Source of the DNA: an uncultured archaeon
Lineage (GTDB): Archaea > Iainarchaeota > Iainarchaeia > Iainarchaeales > CSSED10-239
Direction: 5' to 3'
Assembly (NCBI GenBank): GCA_964586355.1
Contig: CAZPGO010000030.1
Location: 1-32,000, forward strand
Length of the DNA stretch: 32,000 nt
Under the pieces are notes generated by a model that worked only from the letters and a program-made list of their open reading frames with translations, searched no databases and had not been told where the DNA came from. Below, piece after piece: positions 19,301 through 27,201 of the stretch (its first letter is position 1; every line of letters starts with the position of its first letter). Both the position numbers and the translations under genes were made by a program.

Positions 19301-19828
19301 ACACTTACTGAGTTATATGACTCTAATATTATTCCTCCATTTACCTTGCAAGATATAGAAAGATTTGAAAAAAAAATAAAATTTAAAGATACTATTAGTT
19401 TTGGAAAAGAAATAGATTCTTTTAATGATGCTTTTTTTACTGAAGAATACACAACAGCAAATAAGAAACTAACAAAAAGCACAATAAATAAAATGAATGA
19501 AGCTCTAATAGAAAAAACCATATTTACAGAAGGTCTAGAAAATATAAAAAAAGAAGCTAAAAAAGAATATGAAAAATTCTCTAAAAACCTCTCAGAAGAA
19601 CAAAAAGAAGAAATTGAGTTACTAATAGAACAAGAAAGAGATCTACTTGCACTTTATTTATTAAAAAATAAAAAAATAAAAGAAAAAACAGAAATTACAA
19701 AAACAATTCAAATAATTGTGATCTTAGTAATAATAGCTCTATTTTATTTAGCATACCTCTTTTATAATAAAAAAACACCAACAATAACTAAAGAAGAGAA
19801 AAAAAGAAGAATTATTAGAAAATACTGA
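16310..19828 (+). CDS. Giant (~1170 aa) coiled-coil surface protein with a lipoprotein-type signal peptide, a central Cys-rich domain and a C-terminal TM anchor
   Basis: The ORF track starts at GTG 16418, but the frame is open from 16310. The extension encodes (I)RKKETKVIWFFIILFLFSFIFLSGC, i.e. a basic n-region, hydrophobic core and LSGC lipobox. The body is E/K/I/N-rich heptad sequence. A Cys cluster lies at about nt 17990-18180. The tail IQIIVILVIIALFYLAYLFY plus KKRRIIRKY ends at TGA 19826-19828. Confidence 0.7.
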   Translation: MRKKETKVIWFFIILFLFSFIFLSGCLDKLNAFEKEVCKKVTHFSSTQIPSCQTQNSCYEKVDGVIKTHELLPKHINNQINHYKNYVGSSIYYFNESKKDVDKIHSFCSDFIDPSVIFNVNDFFFNIRNIFFYLDQTNVKSIELLTEYASYLQNQEIELITEEDLFLEYALINENINEIKQESSNNNYINNLKKSSKEANELAEKFGFSESYLSRLNFTNLISYYLKINEEVHPEKELEVPIFSNSIGFIVYRIANYENLKRINLRLINTDTYNLYLFLDKTIGFEKSNFVEFSELHNRLIENIEKISLKINQLEKEIEENLEYLNLEKKNNYFQLKEKYRTEKMGFGRYLYNLKEIKIEIEENKEITKTNNLEKANKIENCDIEIKKIETENYYLLDLIEKYNLENNYLKKIEICNNILLNYDVSECISKLRKLKEENIDYDIDIENITEKNCKEITFNINLFLENNEKIKLFNEIILEIEKTITEIKKFEVDTKTELTLIRYTTDIKEEKKKANHEKIIEIEEKIKEYEEKKEDLKKILKIEIEKDFFNNAKINYIEEEYYLCYFNKTNFAFENVCCNNKYSNIASKTNTLKITTTNICADKIYSANNCYKISYENQKEIETKIIEITLNKSLFESVVSNQVIGIQDSLNLGQIELIDRQNYYFDDTLVHYLTKEQNKILYYKKLFEYFVDREIIEILEDILIIKEEWVIKNTSELNIDSEIKLFEIDQEEITIKEEERKINHTIKNNWVYITEEINKDQEKKYTINKLITVEKAKESGEEIVSNLYLLRNSQFLEIKERAEKIALEIDLENIVDVNIENLEKIINKKEEIEKLKGKEENFLESLTNYEILKTEVKEKHLNNTEIEEELSKLDQEKYLDPNKILKTLNEFIIDFEEKTELEKEQNFEENNKKITEIKEKLTEFDLLTLETISEISELDLTSDISKNLENFNKKISKKEEELANKNKELILEFEKEIEDYELYETLEKARIEFEGITLTELYDSNIIPPFTLQDIERFEKKIKFKDTISFGKEIDSFNDAFFTEEYTTANKKLTKSTINKMNEALIEKTIFTEGLENIKKEAKKEYEKFSKNLSEEQKEEIELLIEQERDLLALYLLKNKKIKEKTEITKTIQIIVILVIIALFYLAYLFYNKKTPTITKEEKKRRIIRKY

Positions 19829-19892
19829 TATTTTCTAAATAACAGATATTATTTAAAAAACATCTTATCAATAGTATATTAGTGAAGAATAT

Positions 19893-21056
19893 ATGAAAAA
19901 AATAATATTTTTAATAATTTCAATAATTATTATAACAAGTCCTATTTTTGGTCAAACAATAAGTGAGCTAAACTTTTTTGATATTGATCAAAGTAATTGG
20001 GTTATTCAAAAAGATCAAAATATTTGTAAAGATTACTATTTTGAAAAACTTACTGAAACTAAGGACTCAACATTTGTGCTTAATCTAAAATTAGAAAACT
20101 ATATAGTACCAAAAAAAGATGTTAGTATAGATATTTACCTAAATGATCTAAAAGGAGCAGCACTTAAAGAAGAAGAAATTAAAGTAAATAACATATTTAG
20201 ATTATATAACTTAAAAGAAAATAACAAACTAACAATCTGTGTAGAAAACAAATATCTTCCAAAAATGATTATTTCCAAAAAAAGCACAATAGGAAATTAT
20301 TTGCTACCAGAGTTTAAAGAAGAAAATTTTTATCAAATAATTGGAGAATATGAATTAACACAAACCATGATACCTGTAGAAGTACATATTAAAAACACAG
20401 GAGCAAAAGAAACAAACATAGAAATATATAATGCCACAGAAAAATATCTTGAAAACTCATTATTAGAAACAGTTTCAGGACATGCCAATTATTCTGGACC
20501 AATAGGCCCTGGAGAAGAAAAAATAATTAAATACTATATAAAAACTTTAGAAAACACAGACTATATGACGCCTAGAGCGATACTAAAATACACAGATGAA
20601 TTTGGAATAGATAGAGAGATATACACAGAAACAAAAATAATAACTGTTCTTAAAAATGATCAAAAATTAGATGCATTAATAGATATTGAAAACACAGTTT
20701 CATTAAATGAAAAAACTTATGGGAAAATAGTAATAAGAAACATCTCAGAAACAGATTTAAAAAACATAATAATAGAGCCAGAATTTACTGAAAACATTAC
20801 AATAAGTAAAAAAAAAATATCCCTGTTAAATAAATTTGATGTAATAGAAGTACCTTTTATCATAAGCAAAGAAGATCAAACAAAAACAAACTTAAGTTTT
20901 TCAATAAAATATACTACTTTAGATAATAGCAAACTAGAATTCAAAACAAAAGCAATAACACTATTTCCAGTAGAAAAAACAAACTACACCAATGAAATTA
21001 TTGGTATCTTATTACTTTTTTGTGTTTTAATATATATTTGGATAGTTAAACTTTAA
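19893..21056 (+). CDS. Surface protein with signal peptide, COG1361/CARDB-like beta-sandwich domains and a C-terminal TM anchor
   Basis: MKKIIFLIISIIIITSPIFGQ signal. PVEVHIKNTGAKETNIEIYN and GKIVIRNISETDLKNIIIEPEF are S-layer/CARDB-like strands. The C-terminal IIGILLLFCVLIYIWIV is a TM segment. Confidence 0.6.
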   Translation: MKKIIFLIISIIIITSPIFGQTISELNFFDIDQSNWVIQKDQNICKDYYFEKLTETKDSTFVLNLKLENYIVPKKDVSIDIYLNDLKGAALKEEEIKVNNIFRLYNLKENNKLTICVENKYLPKMIISKKSTIGNYLLPEFKEENFYQIIGEYELTQTMIPVEVHIKNTGAKETNIEIYNATEKYLENSLLETVSGHANYSGPIGPGEEKIIKYYIKTLENTDYMTPRAILKYTDEFGIDREIYTETKIITVLKNDQKLDALIDIENTVSLNEKTYGKIVIRNISETDLKNIIIEPEFTENITISKKKISLLNKFDVIEVPFIISKEDQTKTNLSFSIKYTTLDNSKLEFKTKAITLFPVEKTNYTNEIIGILLLFCVLIYIWIVKL

Positions 21057-22768
21057 ACAATCCTTTTAAACAATTTTTCTAAATCCTTTACACTATAAAA
21101 AATATTTGTTGGTCTGCCATGAGCACAAATGTTTTTATCAACACAAGAATCTAATTTTTTTATAAGATCTTGAATCTCAAATACTGAAAGCTCGGTGTTT
21201 GATTTTAAAGATTCTTTACAAGATTTTAATTTTATTATTTTATCCTCTAATTTAGTTATAACCTCTTTAGGGTTTTTTTCAAATTCATAAAGAAATTCCA
21301 AAAACAAATCAAAATCAAAAAAATTATCTAAAAAAGCAGGAATTGATTTTAAATACAAACCATCTTTTTTTTGCTCAAAAGAAAAACCAACTTCAGAAAA
21401 ATTGTCTTTGTGCTCTATAAGTAAAGAGGATTGCTCAGAAGTGATGTTTTTTATCTGCTTAGGCACCAATAACTCTTGCTTATCTAAATTAATATTAAGC
21501 TTTCTGTTTTTTTCTAAGTTTATTCTCTCTGCAGCTGCATGCTGATCTATTAATAAAAAGCCGTCTTTGGTTTCACAGACTATATAGGTTTTATGTAATT
21601 GTCCAAGAATTAGTGTGATTTCTTTATCATTTAATTTTAAGGTTGGATCTGTTGTAAATTCATTAAAATAACTATTTGTTTTTGTAAAAGTTGAATGATA
21701 ATTTGGTAAAGAAGAAGAGGATTTTATAAAGTTTTGCGAACTTACTGGTGTTGAGGAAAATAACCTATTTTGATTTGCAACTTCAAAACTTGCTTTTGGA
21801 GCAAACTTATTTGTACTTTCTAAAATTTTAGAAACCTCTAACTTTAACTCATTAATAAAAAGTGATTCATTCTGTATTTTTATGAATCTTTTTTTAGGAT
21901 GAACATTAATATCCACTAACCCTTTATTAATTTCAAAAAACAAAACAAAGAAGGGTTTTTGCTGAATCATTAAATAGTCTTTATAAGATTCTAGTATAGC
22001 TCTATTAATCTGTGAAGAATAAATAGCTCTGTTATTTATATAAACAAAAGATTTTGGATAATAAAATCCATTGATAGGACTCATTAATATTCCTTTAATA
22101 TTAAATAAATCATTTTTAATATCAACAGAAATTATATTGTTCTTAAAATCCTTACCAAAAACCTGCAAATATCTATTATTTGAATCTGTTTGAAAAAAAA
22201 CTTCTCTTTTCTTAGAGGAAATAAAACTAAATTTAATGCTAGGATATAATAAAACAAATTCTAAAAAAACATCATAAATTCTAGAAAACTCCACATATTT
22301 AGATTTTAAAAATTTCTTTCTTACTGGCACATTATAAAACAGATCTTTTATTTTTATGGTTGTGCCTTTTCTACACTCTATTTCTTTAATCACTTCTTTT
22401 TCTAGAAGATATCCTCTACCTGAGTTGTCAACAGACGAAACTATATTTAAATTAGAGATTACATTAATACTAGACAAAGCCTCGCCTCTAAAACCAAAAG
22501 AATCTAAAGAATAGAGATCATCTATTTTTTTTAATTTACTTGTGGTGTGTTTTTCTAAACAAAGAGAAAGATCTTCTCTAGTAATACCACACCCGTTATC
22601 AATAATCTCAATTGAATCTAGCCCAGTATTCTCTATTTTCAGGGTTATTGAATCAGCACCAGAATCTATGGAATTTTCAATTAATTCTTTTACAACATCA
22701 CTAGGTGCTTCAATAACTTCTCCAGCACTTATTAGATTAATAGTTTCTTTATCCAATCTTTCAATCAT
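21053..22768 (-). CDS. mutL: DNA mismatch repair protein MutL (endonuclease-proficient type)
   Basis: GHKL ATPase motifs ELIENSIDSGA, DNGCGI, GFRGEAL and GTTIKIKDLFYNVPVRKKF. The C-terminal DQHAAAERINLE (DQHA(X)2E(X)4E), SCK and CAHGRPT motifs are characteristic of nicking MutL. It starts 3 nt after the mutS stop. Confidence 0.93.
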   Translation of the reverse strand: MIERLDKETINLISAGEVIEAPSDVVKELIENSIDSGADSITLKIENTGLDSIEIIDNGCGITREDLSLCLEKHTTSKLKKIDDLYSLDSFGFRGEALSSINVISNLNIVSSVDNSGRGYLLEKEVIKEIECRKGTTIKIKDLFYNVPVRKKFLKSKYVEFSRIYDVFLEFVLLYPSIKFSFISSKKREVFFQTDSNNRYLQVFGKDFKNNIISVDIKNDLFNIKGILMSPINGFYYPKSFVYINNRAIYSSQINRAILESYKDYLMIQQKPFFVLFFEINKGLVDINVHPKKRFIKIQNESLFINELKLEVSKILESTNKFAPKASFEVANQNRLFSSTPVSSQNFIKSSSSLPNYHSTFTKTNSYFNEFTTDPTLKLNDKEITLILGQLHKTYIVCETKDGFLLIDQHAAAERINLEKNRKLNINLDKQELLVPKQIKNITSEQSSLLIEHKDNFSEVGFSFEQKKDGLYLKSIPAFLDNFFDFDLFLEFLYEFEKNPKEVITKLEDKIIKLKSCKESLKSNTELSVFEIQDLIKKLDSCVDKNICAHGRPTNIFYSVKDLEKLFKRIV

Positions 22769-22771
22769 TTT

Positions 22772-25276
22772 TTATTCACCATTAAATTCACTTAGGGATT
22801 TTTGTTCTGAGTCGTAAATTACTGGTTTTTCTGTTTCTTGAGAATCTATAGTATTATTATCATTATTTTTTAATTTTAAGAAAGAATCATTTTCTAGATC
22901 TCTTTGAATAATTAAAGCTCTATTTATTACTGAGTTTTTAATACCAGCTAGTTTTGCAACCTGTATACCATAACTTTTGTTAATTCCACCTTTTTGAAGT
23001 TTGTGAAAGAAGTGAAGAGAGTCTCCTTCTTCTTTTGCAGTTACGTGAAAATTATTAATACCAGTATAAAGCTCTTGCAATTTATTTAAGATATGATAAT
23101 GAGTAGCAACAAGAGTTTTTGAACAAACACTATTATTTAGCTCTTCAACAATAGCCCAAGCAAGACTAAGTCCATCATATGTGCTTGTACCTCTTCCTAT
23201 TTCGTCCAAAATAACTAAACTATTGTTTGTGGAATTATTTAAAATATAAGCAACTTCTGACATTTCAACTAAAAAAGTGCTTTGCCCATGTATAATATCA
23301 TCAGAAGCACCTACTCTAGTAAAAACAGCATCAATCTCGCCTATTTTTGCATAACTTGCAGGAACAAAGCATCCACTAAGCCCTAAAATAACTCCGACAC
23401 AAACACTTCTCATATAACTGCTTTTACCTGCCATATTTGGACCTGTTATTATCATCGTTTTATTTGTTTTGGATAAATCACAATCATTTGGAATAAAATG
23501 TGTTAATTTTTCTATTATCGGGTGTCTTAGATCTTTAAAGATTAATTGATCTGAATCATCAATAATAGGTCTTACATAATCAAAATTATTACTTACAAAA
23601 GAATGTGAAAAATAAACATCTAATTTTGCAATCAAAGAAGAAAGCACTTTAATTTCTTCTTGATATTCTAAAGTTTCTTTACAAAGATTAGTAAATATTT
23701 CAAACTCTAATTCATTTCTTTTATCTTTTGCAGATAATATTTGTTGTTCTTTAAAAGAAAGTTCTTCAGTTGTATATCTTTCAGAATTTACTAAAGTTTG
23801 TTTTCTTATAAAATATTTTGGAACTTGATTTGCTTGGGATTTTGGAATTTCTATATAATATCCAAATATTTTATTAAATTTTAATTTTAAAGATTTAATA
23901 TTTGTTTCAGATTTTAGTTTTGCTTCAAATTCTGATAACCAAGAACTTGAGTTTTTTGTTATATTTATTAGATCATATAGTTCTTTAGAAAAACTTGGTT
24001 TTATGAAATTACCTTCTCTTAAACTAAAAGGAGGATCTTTTACAATTGTTTGTGATATTTTTTCTGTTAAGGTATCTAAACTTGGCATTTCTAATAATTT
24101 TCTTAAATTTTCTGATTTTGTTTCTAATAGGGTTTTTTTAATTAGAGGGATTATTTCTAGACTTTGTTTTAAAGATATAAGATCTCTTGCATTTGCATTT
24201 CCAAAACCAATTTTACAGATTATTTTATCAAGATCTCCAATATAAGAAAGATTATTTTTTAATTCCTCTTGTAGAAATAGATCTGCTCTTATCTCATCAA
24301 CAGAATCATGAATTTGTTTTAGTTTTTGTTTATCTGTTAATGGATGAAGTAGATCAAAATATAGTTTTCTATAACCCATTGCTGTTTTTGTATGGTTTAT
24401 TAAACTAAATAAACTATTTTTTATAGAATCATCTTTTAGATTTGAGACTAGTTCTAGATTTTTAATTGTTTTTCTATCTAGTTTTAAAAATTTAGATTTA
24501 TTGAATTTTTTAATAGTTTTAATATAATTAAGATCACAAAATTGTGTTTCTTTTAAATAATTTAGAGCATTATATGCAGAAATTATTGAAGCATCTTCTT
24601 CAAAACCAAAACTCTCTAATGATTTTAAATTAAAATGTGTTAGTAATTTTTCTGTTGATGTTTGTAGATCTGTGTTTATGGTATAATTAATTATTATATT
24701 GTTAATGTGTTTTTTTATTTTTTCAATATTTTTATAATCATCTAAAAGATTTTTAGTAACTATTAGTTCTTTTGGTTTTATAATTATTAATTGATCTAAT
24801 AAATTATCAAAGGAATCAATAACGCCTGATTTAAAATCTCCTGTAGTAATATCTACTATAGAAAAACCATAATTCTTTTTTGCTTTTACTATTGAACATA
24901 AAAAATTATTTTCATAATCATTATTAAAAATAGTGCTTGGAGTTATTATTCTTGTTACTGCTCTTTTAACTAATCCTTTTGCTAACTTAGGATCTTCTAT
25001 TTGCTCACAAATAACAACTTTTTTTCCTGCTTTTATTAATTTAGTAATATATGGATCTATTGAGTGATAAGGAATTCCTGCAAGTGGTGCTTCTCCAGTA
25101 CCTTTTCCTCTTTTTGTTAGAGTTATGTTTAATATCTGTGCAGCTATTTTTGCATCATCATAAAACATTTCATAAAAATCTCCTGCTCTAAAAAGCAATA
25201 CACCATCAGGATATTCTTTCTTGGTTTGAATATATTGCCTCATCATCGGAGTTAAGTTAGAATTTAGATCTTGCAT
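22772..25276 (-). CDS. mutS: DNA mismatch repair protein MutS (MutS1 type)
   Basis: The N-terminal mismatch-recognition GDFYEMF (Phe-x-Glu), Walker A GPNMAGKSSYMR, Walker B ILDEIGRGTSTYDG and THYH. 834 aa. Confidence 0.95.
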   Translation of the reverse strand: MQDLNSNLTPMMRQYIQTKKEYPDGVLLFRAGDFYEMFYDDAKIAAQILNITLTKRGKGTGEAPLAGIPYHSIDPYITKLIKAGKKVVICEQIEDPKLAKGLVKRAVTRIITPSTIFNNDYENNFLCSIVKAKKNYGFSIVDITTGDFKSGVIDSFDNLLDQLIIIKPKELIVTKNLLDDYKNIEKIKKHINNIIINYTINTDLQTSTEKLLTHFNLKSLESFGFEEDASIISAYNALNYLKETQFCDLNYIKTIKKFNKSKFLKLDRKTIKNLELVSNLKDDSIKNSLFSLINHTKTAMGYRKLYFDLLHPLTDKQKLKQIHDSVDEIRADLFLQEELKNNLSYIGDLDKIICKIGFGNANARDLISLKQSLEIIPLIKKTLLETKSENLRKLLEMPSLDTLTEKISQTIVKDPPFSLREGNFIKPSFSKELYDLINITKNSSSWLSEFEAKLKSETNIKSLKLKFNKIFGYYIEIPKSQANQVPKYFIRKQTLVNSERYTTEELSFKEQQILSAKDKRNELEFEIFTNLCKETLEYQEEIKVLSSLIAKLDVYFSHSFVSNNFDYVRPIIDDSDQLIFKDLRHPIIEKLTHFIPNDCDLSKTNKTMIITGPNMAGKSSYMRSVCVGVILGLSGCFVPASYAKIGEIDAVFTRVGASDDIIHGQSTFLVEMSEVAYILNNSTNNSLVILDEIGRGTSTYDGLSLAWAIVEELNNSVCSKTLVATHYHILNKLQELYTGINNFHVTAKEEGDSLHFFHKLQKGGINKSYGIQVAKLAGIKNSVINRALIIQRDLENDSFLKLKNNDNNTIDSQETEKPVIYDSEQKSLSEFNGE

Positions 25277-25302
25277 ATTTTACTCAAAGATTAATTATAA
25301 TA

Positions 25303-25376
25303 TGGGATCGGTGGGATTTGAACCCACGACACATAGGTCTTCAGCCTATTGCTCTCCCAGGCTGAGCTACGACCCC
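25303..25376 (-). tRNA. tRNA-Phe (GAA)
   Basis: The reverse complement folds as GGGGTCG/TA/GCTC-AGCCTGGGA-GAGC/A/ATAGG-CTGAAGA-CCTAT/GTGTC/GTGGG-TTCAAAT-CCCAC/CGATCCC/A. 74 nt, no encoded CCA. Confidence 0.95.
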
Positions 25377-25390
25377 ATAACATTTTAGAA

Positions 25391-25467
25391 TGGTGAGCCC
25401 GAGGGGATTTGAACCCCCGACACCAAGATTAAGAGTCTTGTGCTCTACCAAGCTGAGCTACGAGCCC
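25391..25467 (-). tRNA. tRNA-Lys (CTT), with genomically encoded CCA
   Basis: The reverse complement is GGGCTCGTAGCTCAGCTTGGTAGAGCACAAGACTCTTAATCTTGGTGTCGGGGGTTCAAATCCCCTCGGGCTCACCA. The anticodon arm is CAAGA-CTCTTAA-TCTTG. It ends in A-CCA. Confidence 0.93.
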
Positions 25468-25486
25468 ATACTATTTTAATATAATT

Positions 25487-25561
25487 TGAATCTGAGGGGA
25501 TTCGAACCCCCGACACCGGGATTAAAAGTCCCGTGCTCTAACCAGGCTGAGCTACAGATCC
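25487..25561 (-). tRNA. tRNA-Lys (TTT)
   Basis: The reverse complement is GGATCTGTAGCTCAGCCTGGTTAGAGCACGGGACTTTTAATCCCGGTGTCGGGGGTTCGAATCCCCTCAGATTCA. The anticodon arm is CGGGA-CTTTTAA-TCCCG. No encoded CCA. Confidence 0.95.
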
Positions 25562-25603
25562 AAAAGGTATATATTATATAATAAAATAGTATATACAATA
25601 TAT
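25562..25603. promoter_or_regulatory. Compact divergent promoter region (tRNA cluster/mutSL leftward, trm56 rightward)
   Basis: Only 42 nt, aaaaggtatatattatataataaaatagtatatacaatatat, separate the tRNA-Lys(TTT) 5' end from the trm56 ATG. Two TATA-like blocks sit about 25-30 nt from each gene start. This implies near-leaderless transcripts. Confidence 0.4.
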
Positions 25604-26149
25604 ATGACTCAAAATATTTATAAACTTAATATATTGAAATTAGATCATAGACCAGAAAGAGATAAAAGAATTACAACACATTGTGCACTTGTTTCTAGAG
25701 CTTTTGGGGCAGATTCTTTCTTTTTTTCTGGTATTGAGGATAAAAAGATCATAGAAAATATAAAAAATATTAATAAAACATGGGGCGGGGATTTTGGTGT
25801 TGAATATTGTAAAGGCCCTTTAAAATTTATTAAAGAATTGAAGTTAAAGAATTGGTATGTTATTCATTTGACTATGTATGGTTTAAACATAAATACTGAA
25901 ATAGAAAATATTTTAGAAATTAAAAAAAATAAAAATATATTAATAATAATTGGAGGACCTAAGGTTCCAAGAGAGTATTATGATATTTCAGATCTTAATT
26001 TAGCGGTGGGTAATCAGCCTCATAGTGAGGTTGCTGCTATTGCACTATTATTATATTTATTAAATCCTAAATATCTTACTAAAGAATTTAGTGATTCTAA
26101 AATAAAAATAGATCCAAATCAAAAATATAAAAAGGTTATTAATTTATAA
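25604..26149 (+). CDS. trm56: tRNA (cytidine56-2'-O)-methyltransferase aTrm56 (SPOUT)
   Basis: LDHRPERDKRITTHCALVSRAFGA matches the aTrm56 N-terminal signature (R.GHR..RD.RITTHV.L.ARAFGA). 181 aa. Confidence 0.85.
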   Translation: MTQNIYKLNILKLDHRPERDKRITTHCALVSRAFGADSFFFSGIEDKKIIENIKNINKTWGGDFGVEYCKGPLKFIKELKLKNWYVIHLTMYGLNINTEIENILEIKKNKNILIIIGGPKVPREYYDISDLNLAVGNQPHSEVAAIALLLYLLNPKYLTKEFSDSKIKIDPNQKYKKVINL

Positions 26150-26196
26150 TTTGTTAGTTACATAAATATTATTGTAAATTAAAAAAAGGATCAATA

Positions 26197-26787
26197 ATGA
26201 GTAAAACTGCAACCTTAAATAAATTAAAAAAAGATATCTTGAATGATAAAATAACAACACAATTTCTTGAACAAATTGCAGGACCTGTTGCACCAGATAT
26301 TATAAAAATTTATGGAAAAGATTCTGCTTTGTCTCCAGAAGATATATCTACTAAACTTAAGACTAAAATAACTTCTGTTAGATCTACATTAAATAGTTTA
26401 CATTACAGAGGAATTGCTTGTTATAAAAAAGTTAAAAATAATCAAAATTTGTTTGAATTTTTTTGGGAAATTAAGTTTAAAAAAATTATTGAACTTGTTT
26501 TAGAAACAGAAATAGAAAATATTAAAAAATTAGAAGAATTAATATATCTACAACAAGATAGAGATTATTTCTTTTGTCCTAAAAAATGTATTGAAGCACC
26601 TTTTGAAGTTGCTGCTGCTTATAATTTTAAATGCCCTAATTGTGGCAGAAATTTAGAAATGGCAGATACTAAAACTTATGTAGCATCTCTTAAAAGAAAA
26701 AAAACTATTGCCAAAAAAAACATAGAAAAATTACATAAAATTTTAGAGAATATAGAGGATAAAACAACTGGATATATTTGTGAATAG
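26197..26787 (+). CDS. tfe: Transcription factor E (TFE alpha)
   Basis: The N-terminal winged helix (ISTKLKTKITSVRSTLNSLHYRGI...FFWEI) plus zinc ribbon YFFCPKKC...FKCPNCG. The size and architecture are those of archaeal TFE. Confidence 0.85.
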   Translation: MSKTATLNKLKKDILNDKITTQFLEQIAGPVAPDIIKIYGKDSALSPEDISTKLKTKITSVRSTLNSLHYRGIACYKKVKNNQNLFEFFWEIKFKKIIELVLETEIENIKKLEELIYLQQDRDYFFCPKKCIEAPFEVAAAYNFKCPNCGRNLEMADTKTYVASLKRKKTIAKKNIEKLHKILENIEDKTTGYICE

Positions 26788-26891
26788 ATAATATAAAAAA
26801 AATCTATTTAAATATCTTTTTATTTATTATATACTTAGAATGTCTTATAGTTATTAAATAAAAAATACTCTTTTTATTTAAAATCTACTTT

Positions 26892-26966
26892 AGCGGGGTG
26901 GGGCAGCCTGGAGTGCCCGTCGGGCTCATAACCCGAAGGTCGATGGTTCAAATCCATCCCCCGCTA
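26892..26966 (+). tRNA. Initiator tRNA-Met (CAT), archaeal type
   Basis: AGCGGGG/TG/GGGC-AGCCTGGAGT-GCCC/G/TCGGG-CTCATAA-CCCGA/AGGTC/GATGG-TTCAAAT-CCATC/CCCCGCT/A. The A1:U72 pair and three G:C pairs closing the anticodon stem are initiator hallmarks. No encoded CCA. Confidence 0.9.
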
Positions 26967-26974
26967 TTTTTTTT
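26967..26974 (+). terminator. Oligo-T (T8) tract directly after tRNA-iMet
   Basis: TTTTTTTT begins at the first base after the discriminator. Archaeal RNA polymerase commonly terminates at such T-runs. Confidence 0.4.
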
Positions 26975-27201
26975 ACTATTTTTAATTATTAAATTTTGTT
27001 AAAATACATTATTAATACTGGTTATTTCACACCAAATCTTGGACATAAAGCACTTATATTAAAAAGATAAAAACAAGAGCAAAAAAAAACAAAATAATAT
27101 GATTAATCTATTTTTAACAGTTATTTTTCTTTTATTTTATTAAAAAACACTTTTTTTAACTTTTTTTAAGAAATAAAGCACAACAAGATCTTTTACATTT
27201 A

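Noticed and set aside
324-24408. Antisense or out-of-frame ORFs of 60-126 aa in the supplied track: 324-518, 2213-2545, 4934-5314, 6590-6826, 7490-7684, 8899-9096, 9093-9320, 10280-10468, 10688-10888, 14020-14319, 14926-15120, 16025-16273, 17632-17856, 18673-18855, 18934-19206, 19258-19521, 22542-22817, 24003-24245 and 24187-24408.
   Set aside because: Each lies inside, and opposite to or out of frame with, a much longer ORF that has clear family motifs. Their translations are low-complexity F/S/L/I-rich strings typical of the reverse strand of A-rich coding sequence. None has a convincing start context.
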